From: a virus
Virus record (IMG/VR): IMGVR_UViG_3300000115_000012
Reading direction: 5' to 3' (one strand)
DNA length: 64,000 nucleotides
The notes below the pieces were generated by a model that had not been told where the DNA came from, made no database searches, and saw only the letters and a program-made list of their open reading frames with translations. Made by a program: the position numbers and the translations under genes. How positions within the stretch are numbered: position 1 is the stretch's first letter; each line of letters begins with the position of its first letter. Of this stretch, positions 17,553 to 28,104 are shown piece after piece.

Positions 17553-18980
17553 ATGTCACAGATTTGGAAACCTCATTCATACCAACGAACAGCTATATCA
17601 TTCTTGCTGTCCAATCCTTGTTCAGGTCTGTTCCTAGATCCTGGTCTTGGTAAAACTTCTACCAGTTTATCGGCTATTAAAATATTACGTAACGCTGATA
17701 TGATTAAGGGAGTCCTACTGGTAGCTCCGTTACGTGTTATTTATAGCGTATGGCCTCAAGAGATAGATAAGTGGTCTAACTTTGAAGGTATGTCTTGCAC
17801 CATACTACATGATAAAACTAAGAGTACTCTTTGGGGATCCCAAAAGGACATTTACCTAATAAACCCTGAAGCTCTTAAGTGGTTACATACAGAGTTACTA
17901 ATTGGTCTTAAAGCTGGTAAGAAGTGTCCATTTGATGTATTGTGGATTGACGAAAGTACCAAGTTTAAATCTCACGAATCAAGCCGTTTCGGTTACGTAT
18001 GTGATATGCTACCCTTGTTCAAACGTAGACATATTATGACAGGTACTCCATCACCTAAGAGTCTATTAGATTTATGGTCTCAGGTTTATATACTTGACGA
18101 AGGTAAAGCTCTCCAACATAACTTCCATCACTTCCGTAATAAGTATTTTCAAGCTAATGATTGGGATAAATATAACTGGGAAATTAAAGACTTCTCAGCT
18201 GATCAAATACACGAAGCAGTTGCACCATTGGTATTGGAGATGTCAGCTGATGATTATTTAGATATGCCAGATTTATTATTCAATGATATCCAAGTGGTAT
18301 TACCAGATAAAGCGTTTAAACATTATAAGCGAATGGAGAAAGATTTCTTCCTGGAGTTAGATGGTCTAGAAGCTACAGCCGAAGCAACTGCTCAAGCTAG
18401 TATGAAGTGTCACCAAATAGCTAACGGTAGGGTTTATGAGGATATACCAGAAGGTCTTGATGAAGATGAGATACGTGAGTTTAAGAAGAGACGTAAACCA
18501 ATACAGGTACATAAGTCCAAACTGGAAGCTCTTAAGGATTTAGTTGATGAGCTGAACGGTAAACCTTTGCTTATAGCTTACCATTATAAACATGATCTAG
18601 AAGCTATTAAATCAGTCCTGGGAGACGTACCATATATCGGAAGTGGTGTTAACCCAAAACAAACACAAAAGTTAGTAGCGGACTGGAATGATGGTAAATT
18701 ACCGATATTAGTTGGCCATCCAGTGAGTATGGCTCATGGTCTAAATCTACAATCTAGTGGTAATGATATTTGTTGGTTTAGTTTAACTTGGAGTTTAGAG
18801 GACTACTTGCAATTCAATGCTCGTATATACAGACAAGGAGTTAAAGGTTCAGTTAGAGTACATCATTTAATAGGGAAGGGTACAATAGATGAGGTCATGT
18901 TATCCCGTTTGGGTGAACGGGCAAAAGGACAACATGACCTAAGAACAGCATTGAAGAATTATAGGTTAGGTCTTACTTAA
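17553..18980 (+). CDS. SNF2-like (SF2) DNA helicase
   Basis: PHSYQ, DPGLGKT, VAPLRV, IDEST, MTGTP, HGLNLQ, QFNARIYRQG. Confidence 0.93.
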   Translation: MSQIWKPHSYQRTAISFLLSNPCSGLFLDPGLGKTSTSLSAIKILRNADMIKGVLLVAPLRVIYSVWPQEIDKWSNFEGMSCTILHDKTKSTLWGSQKDIYLINPEALKWLHTELLIGLKAGKKCPFDVLWIDESTKFKSHESSRFGYVCDMLPLFKRRHIMTGTPSPKSLLDLWSQVYILDEGKALQHNFHHFRNKYFQANDWDKYNWEIKDFSADQIHEAVAPLVLEMSADDYLDMPDLLFNDIQVVLPDKAFKHYKRMEKDFFLELDGLEATAEATAQASMKCHQIANGRVYEDIPEGLDEDEIREFKKRRKPIQVHKSKLEALKDLVDELNGKPLLIAYHYKHDLEAIKSVLGDVPYIGSGVNPKQTQKLVADWNDGKLPILVGHPVSMAHGLNLQSSGNDICWFSLTWSLEDYLQFNARIYRQGVKGSVRVHHLIGKGTIDEVMLSRLGERAKGQHDLRTALKNYRLGLT

Positions 18981-19431
18981 TTTTATTGGTTTGGACACCT
19001 TTATTTTTCTCAAAACTACGCATACCACCTATTCCGAGCATACCAGTTACGATCGTACCTAGTAATCCGGATTCCATATATGGAGGAGCCTCAACTCCAG
19101 GTGGTATTGTACCAAACGCAACAAGAATAGACCATATCCATATTAGTAAGGGGTGAACTATACCTGCATAAGCTAATGATGATCCACCTACCCATCCTAT
19201 AAATGGTCTCCATCCAGCCACAAATACAGATGAATGTTCTGCTTCCTTCATATTAACTTTTATCTGAGCTAACATTAAGTCTACGTGCATCTGCATCTTA
19301 GCTAGATCACCTGATTGTTTCATCTCTTCAAGCTTACGTAACTCTTCAGCTCTTTTAATAGGATCAGGCCATATCTTATCTATGGCTGATTTACCTAGGT
19401 CAAATAGAGCTGATAGCGGGTCGAATGACAT
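18973..19431 (-). CDS. Holin (GTA 3TM-holin-like)
   Basis: GWRPFIGW motif, hydrophobic segments, GMLGIGGMRSFEK; adjacent to the endolysin. Confidence 0.85.
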   Translation of the reverse strand: MSFDPLSALFDLGKSAIDKIWPDPIKRAEELRKLEEMKQSGDLAKMQMHVDLMLAQIKVNMKEAEHSSVFVAGWRPFIGWVGGSSLAYAGIVHPLLIWIWSILVAFGTIPPGVEAPPYMESGLLGTIVTGMLGIGGMRSFEKNKGVQTNKIK

Positions 19432-19432
19432 G

Positions 19433-19819
19433 TTAATCCACCAATTCCACGTGAGGATAGTCCTTAAATGACTTCCATAGACCTCCCCACTTTAATTTAT
19501 AACCAAGTATAGATGCAGCTTGTAAAAATGCAGCGGCGACCATTGCGAGATGCTCTGTGTCCCAACTTGCCTTACCATTTACAAACGCATAGAAGTCAAG
19601 AGCCTTACCGCTTTGGTGACAACTCAACTTCTTATACCCATCACATTTAGACTTACCTGCAACAAACAGCTCATTTTGTCGTTCAGCTGTTCGTTTACCT
19701 GCATCAGCAGGATGACCGAAATCAACCACGCTGATGCTCAAGGCTAAGTCTGATATTTCAATAAGACGAGGGTCAACACCTTCACGTCTTTGTTTTGAAC
19801 TATTAGACAATTTAAACAT
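19433..19819 (-). CDS. Endolysin, M15 L-Ala-D-Glu peptidase (T5-endolysin-like)
   Basis: RTAERQNEL, S.HQSGKALD, WGG.W..F.DYPHVEL Zn ligands. Confidence 0.92.
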   Translation of the reverse strand: MFKLSNSSKQRREGVDPRLIEISDLALSISVVDFGHPADAGKRTAERQNELFVAGKSKCDGYKKLSCHQSGKALDFYAFVNGKASWDTEHLAMVAAAFLQAASILGYKLKWGGLWKSFKDYPHVELVD

Positions 19820-19831
19820 TACTCACTCCTA

Positions 19832-21643
19832 TTAAGTAGCAGGACTAACAGTAGATATATACATAGGAACCCAAGTTCCCGGAGTACCTGTAACAGTACA
19901 TATATGACCCACTAATATCATATTATTAGCATCGACAGTAGGGAAGAAGTTATGAACTATATCACCTCTAACCCAATTACCTGAAGTCGGTGCAGAACTA
20001 TTCCACCATACATTTCTTATACCTCCAGTTGCTCCCGTTCTAGATCCTTCAAGTAGAGCTCCGTCAGGGCTTAGATTATAAGCATGGCAATCCTTAGCTG
20101 TGATACGACCAGTTGATCCAGGATTACTGAAGTTATATGGGGTAGCTGTCTCAAATGTATCATTTAAAGAATACAACAGTTTATCGCTACCAAAGAAATT
20201 ATGGAATATATCAGCAATTCCGTAATAACGATTAGACTTAGAAGTCATACGTTTACCCGATGCACCAAAACTATACGTAACCCTACCGTTGAAATTATTA
20301 CCTGGACCAATAACTACAGATTCGTCAAGGCAGTTATTAAATTCGATTTCGTTTTCAACATAGTTGTCCGCTATCAAAGTACCAACGCTCATACCACGTA
20401 CATCAATAGACGCAGAGCCGTACATGTGATTATCGGTAATATTAGCTCCTGCTGTCGTCTGTATAAATATATCTCCATCTCTCATAATGTTAGATTGGAT
20501 GAACATGTCGGTTAGTTTGTTACCAGTGTCCCTAACTGCAAAAGATCCGTTTGAGAAATTACCTCTTATAATATTATTTTTGATTTTGTTTTCAACTAGA
20601 GTTCCGGAACTAGTGGATCCAGATATACCATTACCTGTTATTACGAGAGCATCACCAGAACCTTGAGACCAGAAGTAACCTTTGTCAAAAATCGACCCGT
20701 ATCCATACCATACTAACGCATTATCACATGGACCATCACTCCAAACTCTAATTCCACTCCATTGAATTGGATCGTTACCAGATGTGGAATTATTAACATA
20801 AGCAGCTGAGGCAATCAGATAATCGCTATTAGTAGGACTAGCGATAGATTTAATAGTACTTTGGAATCTACCGTCCCCATGATAATCACAGGTTCGATTA
20901 GGAATGGTAAGATTATCGGAAAGGAAAATCCCGTCAGGTAGATATTTGGAAGGGTAATCAAAATCTAACCACGCTTGTAAGGCTAACTGATTATTCGCAG
21001 CTGAAGGATACGCCCCACAATTGAGAGCATTTATACCCTTACCTTGGATTTTAAGAATCAATACATAGGTTGCGTCAATAGCATGGTTAACACCTACCGT
21101 TCCGTCTCCGTCTATCACATCACCATCTGCTGTGGCTTGGGTTAATGTTTTAACTATATAATCAGCTCCTCCCAATTTGGAAGCAGAGCTAAAATATGTA
21201 GTCTTGATAGTAAACCCTAAGAACTCAGACCAGTCTATAGTACCTTGATAATTTATAGGCTTGCTATCCAAAGCATCCGACAAGGTTTGGAATATTAGAG
21301 GGGAGGCAGTCGAGAACGATATCCAGTTAACTCCTGAATCAGAAGTGGGATTGTTACCGCTTTGCTCAGTTATAGCTATATATAACTTTCCGTTTGAACC
21401 TTTAGAAATACCACCTATAGGATAGGTTGTAAATATATCCCAAATATTAATACCCTGTTCATTGTTGTAAGCTAGACCTTGGCTGAACCATTTTTGAAGG
21501 AAGTTAAAATGTTCAAAAGGTGGGACTTCAGCTTGCCAACCTGCTAACACTTTACCAGGAGTAGTCGTGTCTGGGTCTACTACGTTTCCTGACGGAGCTC
21601 CATTAGCCCATACTCTAGTTAAATCTGGTTTTACAGTTGCCAT
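19832..21643 (-). CDS. Tailspike/tail fibre with a parallel beta-helix (putative polysaccharide depolymerase)
   Basis: N-terminal baseplate anchor (GW..EVPPFEHFNFLQ); pectate-lyase-3-like NCGAYPSAANNQLALQAWLD; Asn/Gly-rich beta repeats; C-terminal APTSG.W.RGD..GTPGTW. Confidence 0.85.
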   Translation of the reverse strand: MATVKPDLTRVWANGAPSGNVVDPDTTTPGKVLAGWQAEVPPFEHFNFLQKWFSQGLAYNNEQGINIWDIFTTYPIGGISKGSNGKLYIAITEQSGNNPTSDSGVNWISFSTASPLIFQTLSDALDSKPINYQGTIDWSEFLGFTIKTTYFSSASKLGGADYIVKTLTQATADGDVIDGDGTVGVNHAIDATYVLILKIQGKGINALNCGAYPSAANNQLALQAWLDFDYPSKYLPDGIFLSDNLTIPNRTCDYHGDGRFQSTIKSIASPTNSDYLIASAAYVNNSTSGNDPIQWSGIRVWSDGPCDNALVWYGYGSIFDKGYFWSQGSGDALVITGNGISGSTSSGTLVENKIKNNIIRGNFSNGSFAVRDTGNKLTDMFIQSNIMRDGDIFIQTTAGANITDNHMYGSASIDVRGMSVGTLIADNYVENEIEFNNCLDESVVIGPGNNFNGRVTYSFGASGKRMTSKSNRYYGIADIFHNFFGSDKLLYSLNDTFETATPYNFSNPGSTGRITAKDCHAYNLSPDGALLEGSRTGATGGIRNVWWNSSAPTSGNWVRGDIVHNFFPTVDANNMILVGHICTVTGTPGTWVPMYISTVSPAT

Positions 21644-21656
21644 TGTTTATTCTCCG

Positions 21657-22361
21657 TTAGAATATTAAATTACCGAGCTTACCGCCCTGACTAGGATTAC
21701 TTACAGATCCAAGTCCGAGACTATTCGGTAAGCCTTGGAACCCGAAGAAATTATTACTATCAAATTCTGTAACATAACTAGCTTGAACACCAGCTGTTTT
21801 TGGAACAATATTAGTATCTAAAAGTATAGACTTCTCATTAAGTCCTAATTTCCTACCAATACTAATTTCATATTTTGTATCTCCGTCAATAAACAGTACT
21901 AATGGGGAATCAAATATATATCTTATTTGCGATATAATATCCTCAGGTGTGGACGAAGTTCTGTTTCTAGATATACGAGCTTTTATAAACAATCTATATT
22001 CGTCATCGGTGAGTTGTCTTATACCAGTGGTGATTTCGTCTACAAACTTAAACCTACCGCCTAAAGACGCATCTACAACTGAACCAAAAGATTGAGCTTG
22101 AGGATTATCTGCAAATCCGAAATAATCAAATATTTCAGCGTCTATGAACTCTCTAGATTGACCGACTATAGATCCCAATATATCTAGATTTACTCCTTCG
22201 GCAGTATCTATCCATCTTTTTTCCAGTAAATCACAAAACACTTCTTCTAGATTATTGGCTTCCAATAGGAGAGCTCGTATATAATTTATAAGATTAGTTG
22301 ACTCTTTAAACTGAGTAGCTAATCTACTTATAGCAAGAGATTTATGATCTATGGAGGACAT
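21657..22361 (-). CDS. Baseplate wedge protein (DUF2612-like)
   Basis: IDTAEGVNLDILG.IVG, YFGF, LTDDEYRLFIKARI. Confidence 0.85.
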   Translation of the reverse strand: MSSIDHKSLAISRLATQFKESTNLINYIRALLLEANNLEEVFCDLLEKRWIDTAEGVNLDILGSIVGQSREFIDAEIFDYFGFADNPQAQSFGSVVDASLGGRFKFVDEITTGIRQLTDDEYRLFIKARISRNRTSSTPEDIISQIRYIFDSPLVLFIDGDTKYEISIGRKLGLNEKSILLDTNIVPKTAGVQASYVTEFDSNNFFGFQGLPNSLGLGSVSNPSQGGKLGNLIF

Positions 22362-23536
22362 TATGAATTCACCACTATATTAGTAATTAAGAAATTGGAT
22401 GTTTCGGTTGCTGATATAGGAATATTAACTGTTCCAGTTGGACTAGGAGCTAAACCTATTCTCAATGCGTCTATCTCATGACCTTGAACGTAGTTAACAG
22501 GAGTATACAATCTGGTATAAATCACATCGTCTGATAATCCAAATTCTCTACCATCAACCAGATCACCATTCGCATAATCTACTATGGCCTGTTTAATCAG
22601 ATCGTCACCGTTAGCTGGATACTCAGGGAATATAGTTAAGTCCACTTCAACATAAATATCTACAGTTGTAGGTCTAGAAAAAGATATGTCGTGAGTGATA
22701 CCCTGACTATCTAATATTTGAGTCGTAGTGGATCCGAAACTTAAAATACCAGCAGGTTTTTTCAACCAAATAACATCGGCTATTTCTTCGTCCACCCCAC
22801 CAACTACAATAACTTGGAAGGAATGAGGAGGTAATCCGTTTGAATCAGTTACGTCTGTATCGTTTTCCAATACTACCGTTTGTGTAACTCCAGGTACGTT
22901 AGCTACCGCTGCGAATATAGCATCTATAATAGCTTGAGCATCACGAGCTACTGAGCGTTCACGACGAGAACGTAATTCAACATCTGTCTCTTCATTAGTA
23001 CCAACCTGAGCATCTGCCAAATTAGTAACAGAATTCCAACCTGTAATAGGAGTATCTATTTCTGTAACCGTGCCTGATAAAGCTGATATCGGACCTGTCT
23101 CTACAGCATTAGCAAACACAGAACCATTACCAGCTCCGTCTAATGTAATTTGAACCTCAGTTGAGAATTGATCAGAAGTATCACTAGTACTAACTAAACT
23201 ACCGATTGGGATTATAGTTCCGGTCGTACCAGTTAGTGATAATTGAACTCTAGAAGGAGTTGCAGGCAATCTAGTTATACCGTTCAACTGAACCAAGTTT
23301 GAAAGGGTAACTCCTGTCGCAGCAGAAGGGTTAAACGCATTGTAAGACTCTTCTGCAATTTCCCATAGGTTTGCGTTAGATTCAGAAATAGTACCGTTAA
23401 TTTGTCCGTCTGGGGACTCTGGTGATACATTAAAATTATCACCAAATATAGACTTAACTTCACTATTTAGTTCTTCTAGAAGTTGATCAAGACGTTTACG
23501 TTTGAACCCTTCAGATGATATACCGTAATTAGACAT
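22361..23536 (-). CDS. Baseplate J-like protein
   Basis: SPDGQI, NPSAATG..L, G...ETD.ELR.R, PHSF, KKPAGI. Confidence 0.9.
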   Translation of the reverse strand: MSNYGISSEGFKRKRLDQLLEELNSEVKSIFGDNFNVSPESPDGQINGTISESNANLWEIAEESYNAFNPSAATGVTLSNLVQLNGITRLPATPSRVQLSLTGTTGTIIPIGSLVSTSDTSDQFSTEVQITLDGAGNGSVFANAVETGPISALSGTVTEIDTPITGWNSVTNLADAQVGTNEETDVELRSRRERSVARDAQAIIDAIFAAVANVPGVTQTVVLENDTDVTDSNGLPPHSFQVIVVGGVDEEIADVIWLKKPAGILSFGSTTTQILDSQGITHDISFSRPTTVDIYVEVDLTIFPEYPANGDDLIKQAIVDYANGDLVDGREFGLSDDVIYTRLYTPVNYVQGHEIDALRIGLAPSPTGTVNIPISATETSNFLITNIVVNS

Positions 23537-23897
23537 TGATTGTCACCTTCTCATTATTTATAACGCCATAAGTTGTTTCAGCTGAGAAAGAAACATTTAA
23601 TCTTCTTACTGAACCTCCCTCGTAATCCATGGAAAACTCAGTTAGTGTTAGAACCTCAGGCGTATTAAGTATTCTAGACTTAAAAATTGATTCAATATTA
23701 GCTAAGTTCGCAGGTTTTGTAAATATTTGTTGGAAGTAAGGAGTACCAGCATCTAAATCTAAAAACCATTCTTCTAGGTAAAATTGAAGACGAGTACGAA
23801 CATGTTGTACAGTTTCGGCTCCATCCTCTACTAATTTCAAATTCCCTTTAGGTGCTACGACTAAGTCATTATTTGAATCCAAAGCTCTACCTATCAT
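23529..23897 (-). CDS. Baseplate wedge initiator (gpW/gp25-like)
   Basis: RTRLQFYLEEWFLD...GTPY; position between spike and J. Confidence 0.8.
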   Translation of the reverse strand: MIGRALDSNNDLVVAPKGNLKLVEDGAETVQHVRTRLQFYLEEWFLDLDAGTPYFQQIFTKPANLANIESIFKSRILNTPEVLTLTEFSMDYEGGSVRRLNVSFSAETTYGVINNEKVTINV

Positions 23898-24724
23898 ACT
23901 GGTACTCCTGTATTTGAAACTGGTCCATCTGGTGCTGTCGCTGAACCGCTATGTGTATGTTCTGACATCTCTTTACCACCAACTGATAAACTAGATGATG
24001 AAGTAACCGAAGTGGACTCAACCGTTGGTATCTTAGCAGTCGGACCATCTATCTCACCAGTAAACGATATATTACCGTTCACAGTGACGTTACCATTAAA
24101 AGTACTCTCAGGACAATTAACCTCTGCTGATGAAGTCGCATCCACCTTTATATTTTTACAACTAATATTGACGTCTTCGGTAATAGTTGCATTCATATTA
24201 CCTTCAGCAACGATATCTAAGTCCGAATTTTCTTTCAGCTTAATAGATACAGTACCGTCGTCCTTTTTAATCTCAGTGTTAGTTGGATCGTAATTAGGAA
24301 CTTTATTCGGTAGTGAAGAGAGACCGACAAAAGCAGTAGCGTCACTTAATGAATGGAAGCGTCTAGCTCCAGGTTTCTTGACCTTACCTGTTTCATGCCA
24401 GTTATCAATAGATCTTTCACAAAAGTTAAGTAGACATTCATCTCCCTTTTTAACTGGGAATGTTAATGAGAATCCGCCACCTCTTGGAAATATAATAGGT
24501 ACGTTAATAAGAATAGGTAAATCGCTAGGGGTTAGTATTTCGGTATCACCATCCCTAGTTACAAATATTCTTCTTATTGCAGGTTGTATAGAAGCTAATT
24601 GAGTTTCAGCATCGAAGCTTTCAATGATTCCTGGCATGGAAGTATGTAAGTCTTTTAATCTTGACTCTACTCCCTGTTTAATATTAGATGCTAATGTTGA
24701 TAATCCTGGAGTTTTATCAGCCAT
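23894..24724 (-). CDS. Baseplate central spike (gp138/gpV-like)
   Basis: LHTSMPGII, PVKKGDECL..F.ER.ID.W, R.HSLSDA, C-terminal HTH metal-binding HxH. Confidence 0.88.
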   Translation of the reverse strand: MADKTPGLSTLASNIKQGVESRLKDLHTSMPGIIESFDAETQLASIQPAIRRIFVTRDGDTEILTPSDLPILINVPIIFPRGGGFSLTFPVKKGDECLLNFCERSIDNWHETGKVKKPGARRFHSLSDATAFVGLSSLPNKVPNYDPTNTEIKKDDGTVSIKLKENSDLDIVAEGNMNATITEDVNISCKNIKVDATSSAEVNCPESTFNGNVTVNGNISFTGEIDGPTAKIPTVESTSVTSSSSLSVGGKEMSEHTHSGSATAPDGPVSNTGVPV

Positions 24725-25586
24725 TTATTAATCTCCCTTTAACAGCAGAAGTCCACTCACCTTCACGAGAATCACCTTTAAATGTAACCTCTTGTATTTT
24801 GTAAGTACCTTCAGCTGATGTTCGTTTTACGTTCCTAAAGAATAAATTACCTAGTTGGATATCAGCATTTACAGACTCAATCTTAAATGCCTTGTTAGGC
24901 AACATTCTAGGATTTAATAAAGTGGTTACATCAGCACCAACTTCGGTTATAGTTGGAGATCCTATCATACCAGTTGCAGAATTAACCAATACAGCTTCGT
25001 CCCCTTCTAATGGACTTTCTACGGGAGTTATAATAACTTCGCCATCTTGGATATTCCAGTCAAACCCGTACTCATCTGCAAATCCGTCAAGTATATCCTT
25101 TGAGGATCCAGATAAGGTCTGCCCACGTAGTTTATCAGCTACCTGAGGTAAACCATTAATAACACCAGTTGTAACTTCCTTAAACGATTTTAGGACTTCT
25201 TCAATAGCCGAGCTGATGGTTACATTTTCGGTAAAGGTTTTATTGAAGGTTGCATTCTGCCAATCCCTTTCTCCGTCACCTGCATAAATGGTAACAACTC
25301 TATCTGTACCACCTTTAGACTGGAATACGTTACGGATCTCACCTTTAAACAATAATCGTAAATCACCTTCGTATCCTGCGTTTAATACAATCTTAGTATA
25401 CTTCTTTTGTAAAGCAGATAAGGTGTCGTCATTAGGATTGTATATAGTTAATTTGCACAAATTAGGAAAACTGAGAATACTTTTAGTAATCTCAAAATTA
25501 ACTCTTAACTGTTTAATTATACGAGACTCACCATCGGTCGGGATAATAGTTAAGTCGTATACCCTTTTATACTGTCTAGCCACCAC
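24717..25586 (-). CDS. Baseplate hub protein
   Basis: IYNPN, LNAGY, LLFKGEI, W.IQDG, TGMIGSP, LLNP. Confidence 0.82.
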   Translation of the reverse strand: MVARQYKRVYDLTIIPTDGESRIIKQLRVNFEITKSILSFPNLCKLTIYNPNDDTLSALQKKYTKIVLNAGYEGDLRLLFKGEIRNVFQSKGGTDRVVTIYAGDGERDWQNATFNKTFTENVTISSAIEEVLKSFKEVTTGVINGLPQVADKLRGQTLSGSSKDILDGFADEYGFDWNIQDGEVIITPVESPLEGDEAVLVNSATGMIGSPTITEVGADVTTLLNPRMLPNKAFKIESVNADIQLGNLFFRNVKRTSAEGTYKIQEVTFKGDSREGEWTSAVKGRLING

Positions 25587-25890
25587 TCACCTCTTCTTCA
25601 GTAAGTATAAACAATTTAGCTACAGTACCCAAGTTAGTTTTAGTCGGATCCTGGTTAGTATTGTCCAGATTCACAATATAAGCGTTCTCAATTGGAATAT
25701 TATATTGATTTAGGATATCCACTCCACCTAATAAATAAACACCAACTATTATGTCGACTCCGGATTGGGAAAAGGATATAGACCAAACTCCAGTTCTGGA
25801 ATTCAGTATGACTCTGCAATCGTAAGTATTGCCGTTTAAAGTAATAGAGAACAACTGCTCAGGATTTGAATTTAATGGGACTTCTATCAT
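25576..25890 (-). CDS. Baseplate/tail accessory protein
   Basis: Conserved position between the Dit-like and hub genes; start at ATG 25890 overlapping the upstream stop. Confidence 0.7.
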   Translation of the reverse strand: MIEVPLNSNPEQLFSITLNGNTYDCRVILNSRTGVWSISFSQSGVDIIVGVYLLGGVDILNQYNIPIENAYIVNLDNTNQDPTKTNLGTVAKLFILTEEEVSGG

Positions 25891-26504
25891 TATCCACCTA
25901 CCCAACTCGTAATAGATTTAAGAACCGACTTGTTCGTCGTCTCGCTTGGTGTAACTGGTTCCTGACGACCTTTCTTTTCCGCTGACGTAGCTTGTTCACG
26001 GGCAGATCCTTCTTGTAATTGTTCAGGGGTTAACTTAACAATCTGAGATTCAGTTATCAGTACTTCTTCCAAACTAATATTCATTAACACTATACGGGAG
26101 GTATTCTTATCTTGAGTAACAGATAACGAGGTAATCACCATATCTTGGTACAATTTCAATTTAGTTTGTACTTCTATTGGTTCACGTTCTTCCATCAGTT
26201 GAACTATTGCGTTATAAGCAGCATTACTACGAGTTATATTCTGAGTGGTGGAAGTACCGAATAAACCAGTGACTAAATCTACAATCTGACCGAATGCCGC
26301 TGTACCTAGAGGGGTATCACTAACCTGAGCTACAATGTTAATTTTCTTAGGTTCTATAACAGCATGGTCAGTTATATCAGCACCCAACTCAACTGGATTT
26401 TTAGTAAGTCTAATCTGATTAGTATGAGTTTCACTTATAACAGCATCTAACTCTATACCACCGATTGATTTCTTGGTTCTTATAAATAAATTTTCAAAAG
26501 CCAT
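25890..26504 (-). CDS. Dit-like tail tube initiator
   Basis: LDAVISETH, T.NPVE.GA.ITDHA..EP, V.T....Y.DMVI. Confidence 0.78.
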   Translation of the reverse strand: MAFENLFIRTKKSIGGIELDAVISETHTNQIRLTKNPVELGADITDHAVIEPKKINIVAQVSDTPLGTAAFGQIVDLVTGLFGTSTTQNITRSNAAYNAIVQLMEEREPIEVQTKLKLYQDMVITSLSVTQDKNTSRIVLMNISLEEVLITESQIVKLTPEQLQEGSAREQATSAEKKGRQEPVTPSETTNKSVLKSITSWVGG

Positions 26505-27925
26505 TAGTAATCCACCGCTGTGTTTAAGTCCTGAGAAGTCTGCTGGAATATATTAAATACTTCGTCAGCTACTGCTTTAGGATCTCCTGAACCATCAATC
26601 TTAATCTCAATTTTATCAACTGAGGTAGATGAACTATTAGAAGTACTATTACCACCTAGCTCAGGAATAGTTTGAGGTTCATCTGAGCCGAATGGATTAA
26701 GACTGCTGAAGAAATCACCAGTTGAATCTATAACTCCATCCACTGATAAATTCTTTATCGAATCTATAGCGTTAGTAAATGATTCTGGTAATTTAAAATT
26801 CTTAACCGCATCGATAATTTGGAATATAGTATCCCATACTTCATTAGCTATCTTACCAAGGAATTTAAATGCGTCAACTACCGCATATATCACTTCACCT
26901 AATAATGGGAACTGTTCAACTAAATCCCCAATGAAACTATCACCTCCATTTATGAAGGTCATTATCTCATCTATTAGTAAACCGACTGCAACAATAGCCG
27001 CTGCAATTAGAGCAGGGATTAACATAGCCGAAGCATTAGCAATCATGGTCGCAGCTGAGAATGCTTTCATCACTGCTATAAGACTCATAACATGACTAAC
27101 TAATCTCATAGCTATCCATGCTCCTGCCGCTATTGTTAACAGTTTAATAGCGAAGGTTGCTTTCTCAATCCACTCTGGTAAGTTCTGCTCAATAATAGAA
27201 CGATTAGTTTTCCACCAATCTATAAACATGTCGTTAGTTTCTTTGAGCATAGGTACTAAACTACGAGCTAATACTCTAGATACCTGTTTTACTATTTTCC
27301 ATATATTAGTTAATCCATCCTGGAACTCAGCCGCTGCCGCTGCATCTTCAGCTGTTGTTACACCTAAAGCCCGAGCTTCATCGGTTAATTCCCGAATCGC
27401 AGCTGGTCCTTGTTGTAACAATCGGATAGAATCAGACAGACCTAACTTATCAGCTAGGTCTATTTGTTGTGATTTGTTTAAACCTTGGAATCTCTGAGAG
27501 ACCTCCAACATTAAATCGCTGGACTTTTTGAGTTTGCCTCTGGAATCAGTCGCAGATATACCAAGTAAACCAAACGCCTCAACACCGCTACCGACTCCTC
27601 TAGCGGCTTCAGCAGCACGAATAGACAAACTCCTAAGGGAACTTGTCATACCGTCTGCGGATCCTCCTGAACGCTCTAAGGCGAATTGTAAAGCGTCAAT
27701 ATTCTCAACGCTATCACCAATTTCGTCAGCTAGTTTACCTTGTTCATCAGAAGCTCGTGTTGAGGCTACAGCAAGACCAGTAATAGCAGCCGCACCAACA
27801 ACCGCCATGCGTGCTAGATTCTTGATGACTCCAGTTGTCTTGGATACGTCTTCTTTGAACTCGTTCATCTCTTTAGGATCGTATTCAAATCCCAATCCGA
27901 CTAGTAGTTCATCAATTAAAGCCAT
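26504..27925 (-). CDS. Tape measure protein (short, 473 aa)
   Basis: IDELLVGLGF start, Ala-rich helices, hydrophobic central segment; follows the tail chaperone. Confidence 0.88.
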   Translation of the reverse strand: MALIDELLVGLGFEYDPKEMNEFKEDVSKTTGVIKNLARMAVVGAAAITGLAVASTRASDEQGKLADEIGDSVENIDALQFALERSGGSADGMTSSLRSLSIRAAEAARGVGSGVEAFGLLGISATDSRGKLKKSSDLMLEVSQRFQGLNKSQQIDLADKLGLSDSIRLLQQGPAAIRELTDEARALGVTTAEDAAAAAEFQDGLTNIWKIVKQVSRVLARSLVPMLKETNDMFIDWWKTNRSIIEQNLPEWIEKATFAIKLLTIAAGAWIAMRLVSHVMSLIAVMKAFSAATMIANASAMLIPALIAAAIVAVGLLIDEIMTFINGGDSFIGDLVEQFPLLGEVIYAVVDAFKFLGKIANEVWDTIFQIIDAVKNFKLPESFTNAIDSIKNLSVDGVIDSTGDFFSSLNPFGSDEPQTIPELGGNSTSNSSSTSVDKIEIKIDGSGDPKAVADEVFNIFQQTSQDLNTAVDY

Positions 27926-28084
27926 TTAGTTCTTACCCTTTGGTTTAGGAGCTAGACTTATCTTCAAATCTAGCAACTCATTCATAAGCATTACATCCTC
28001 TATAGAATAAGTCCCGTCTTGTAACTCTTTTAGAGTACACATTGGTGGATCCACTAACATAGGTCTATGTAGGAATGAATCCAC
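27926..28084 (-). CDS. Small tail-chaperone extension ORF (not in track), probably expressed by -1 frameshift from the upstream gene
   Basis: VDSFLHRPMLVDPPMCTLKELQDGTYSIEDVMLMNELLDLKISLAPKPKGKN*; lies in the -1 frame, open back to the slippery site; no clear RBS. Confidence 0.75.
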   Translation of the reverse strand: MDSFLHRPMLVDPPMCTLKELQDGTYSIEDVMLMNELLDLKISLAPKPKGKN

Positions 28085-28104
28085 GTTTGGGAACTTTTTA
28101 CTAT

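Noticed and set aside
19832-21643. Diversity-generating retroelement or invertible tail-fibre cassette
   Set aside because: No reverse transcriptase, template/variable repeat pair or invertase anywhere in the unit.
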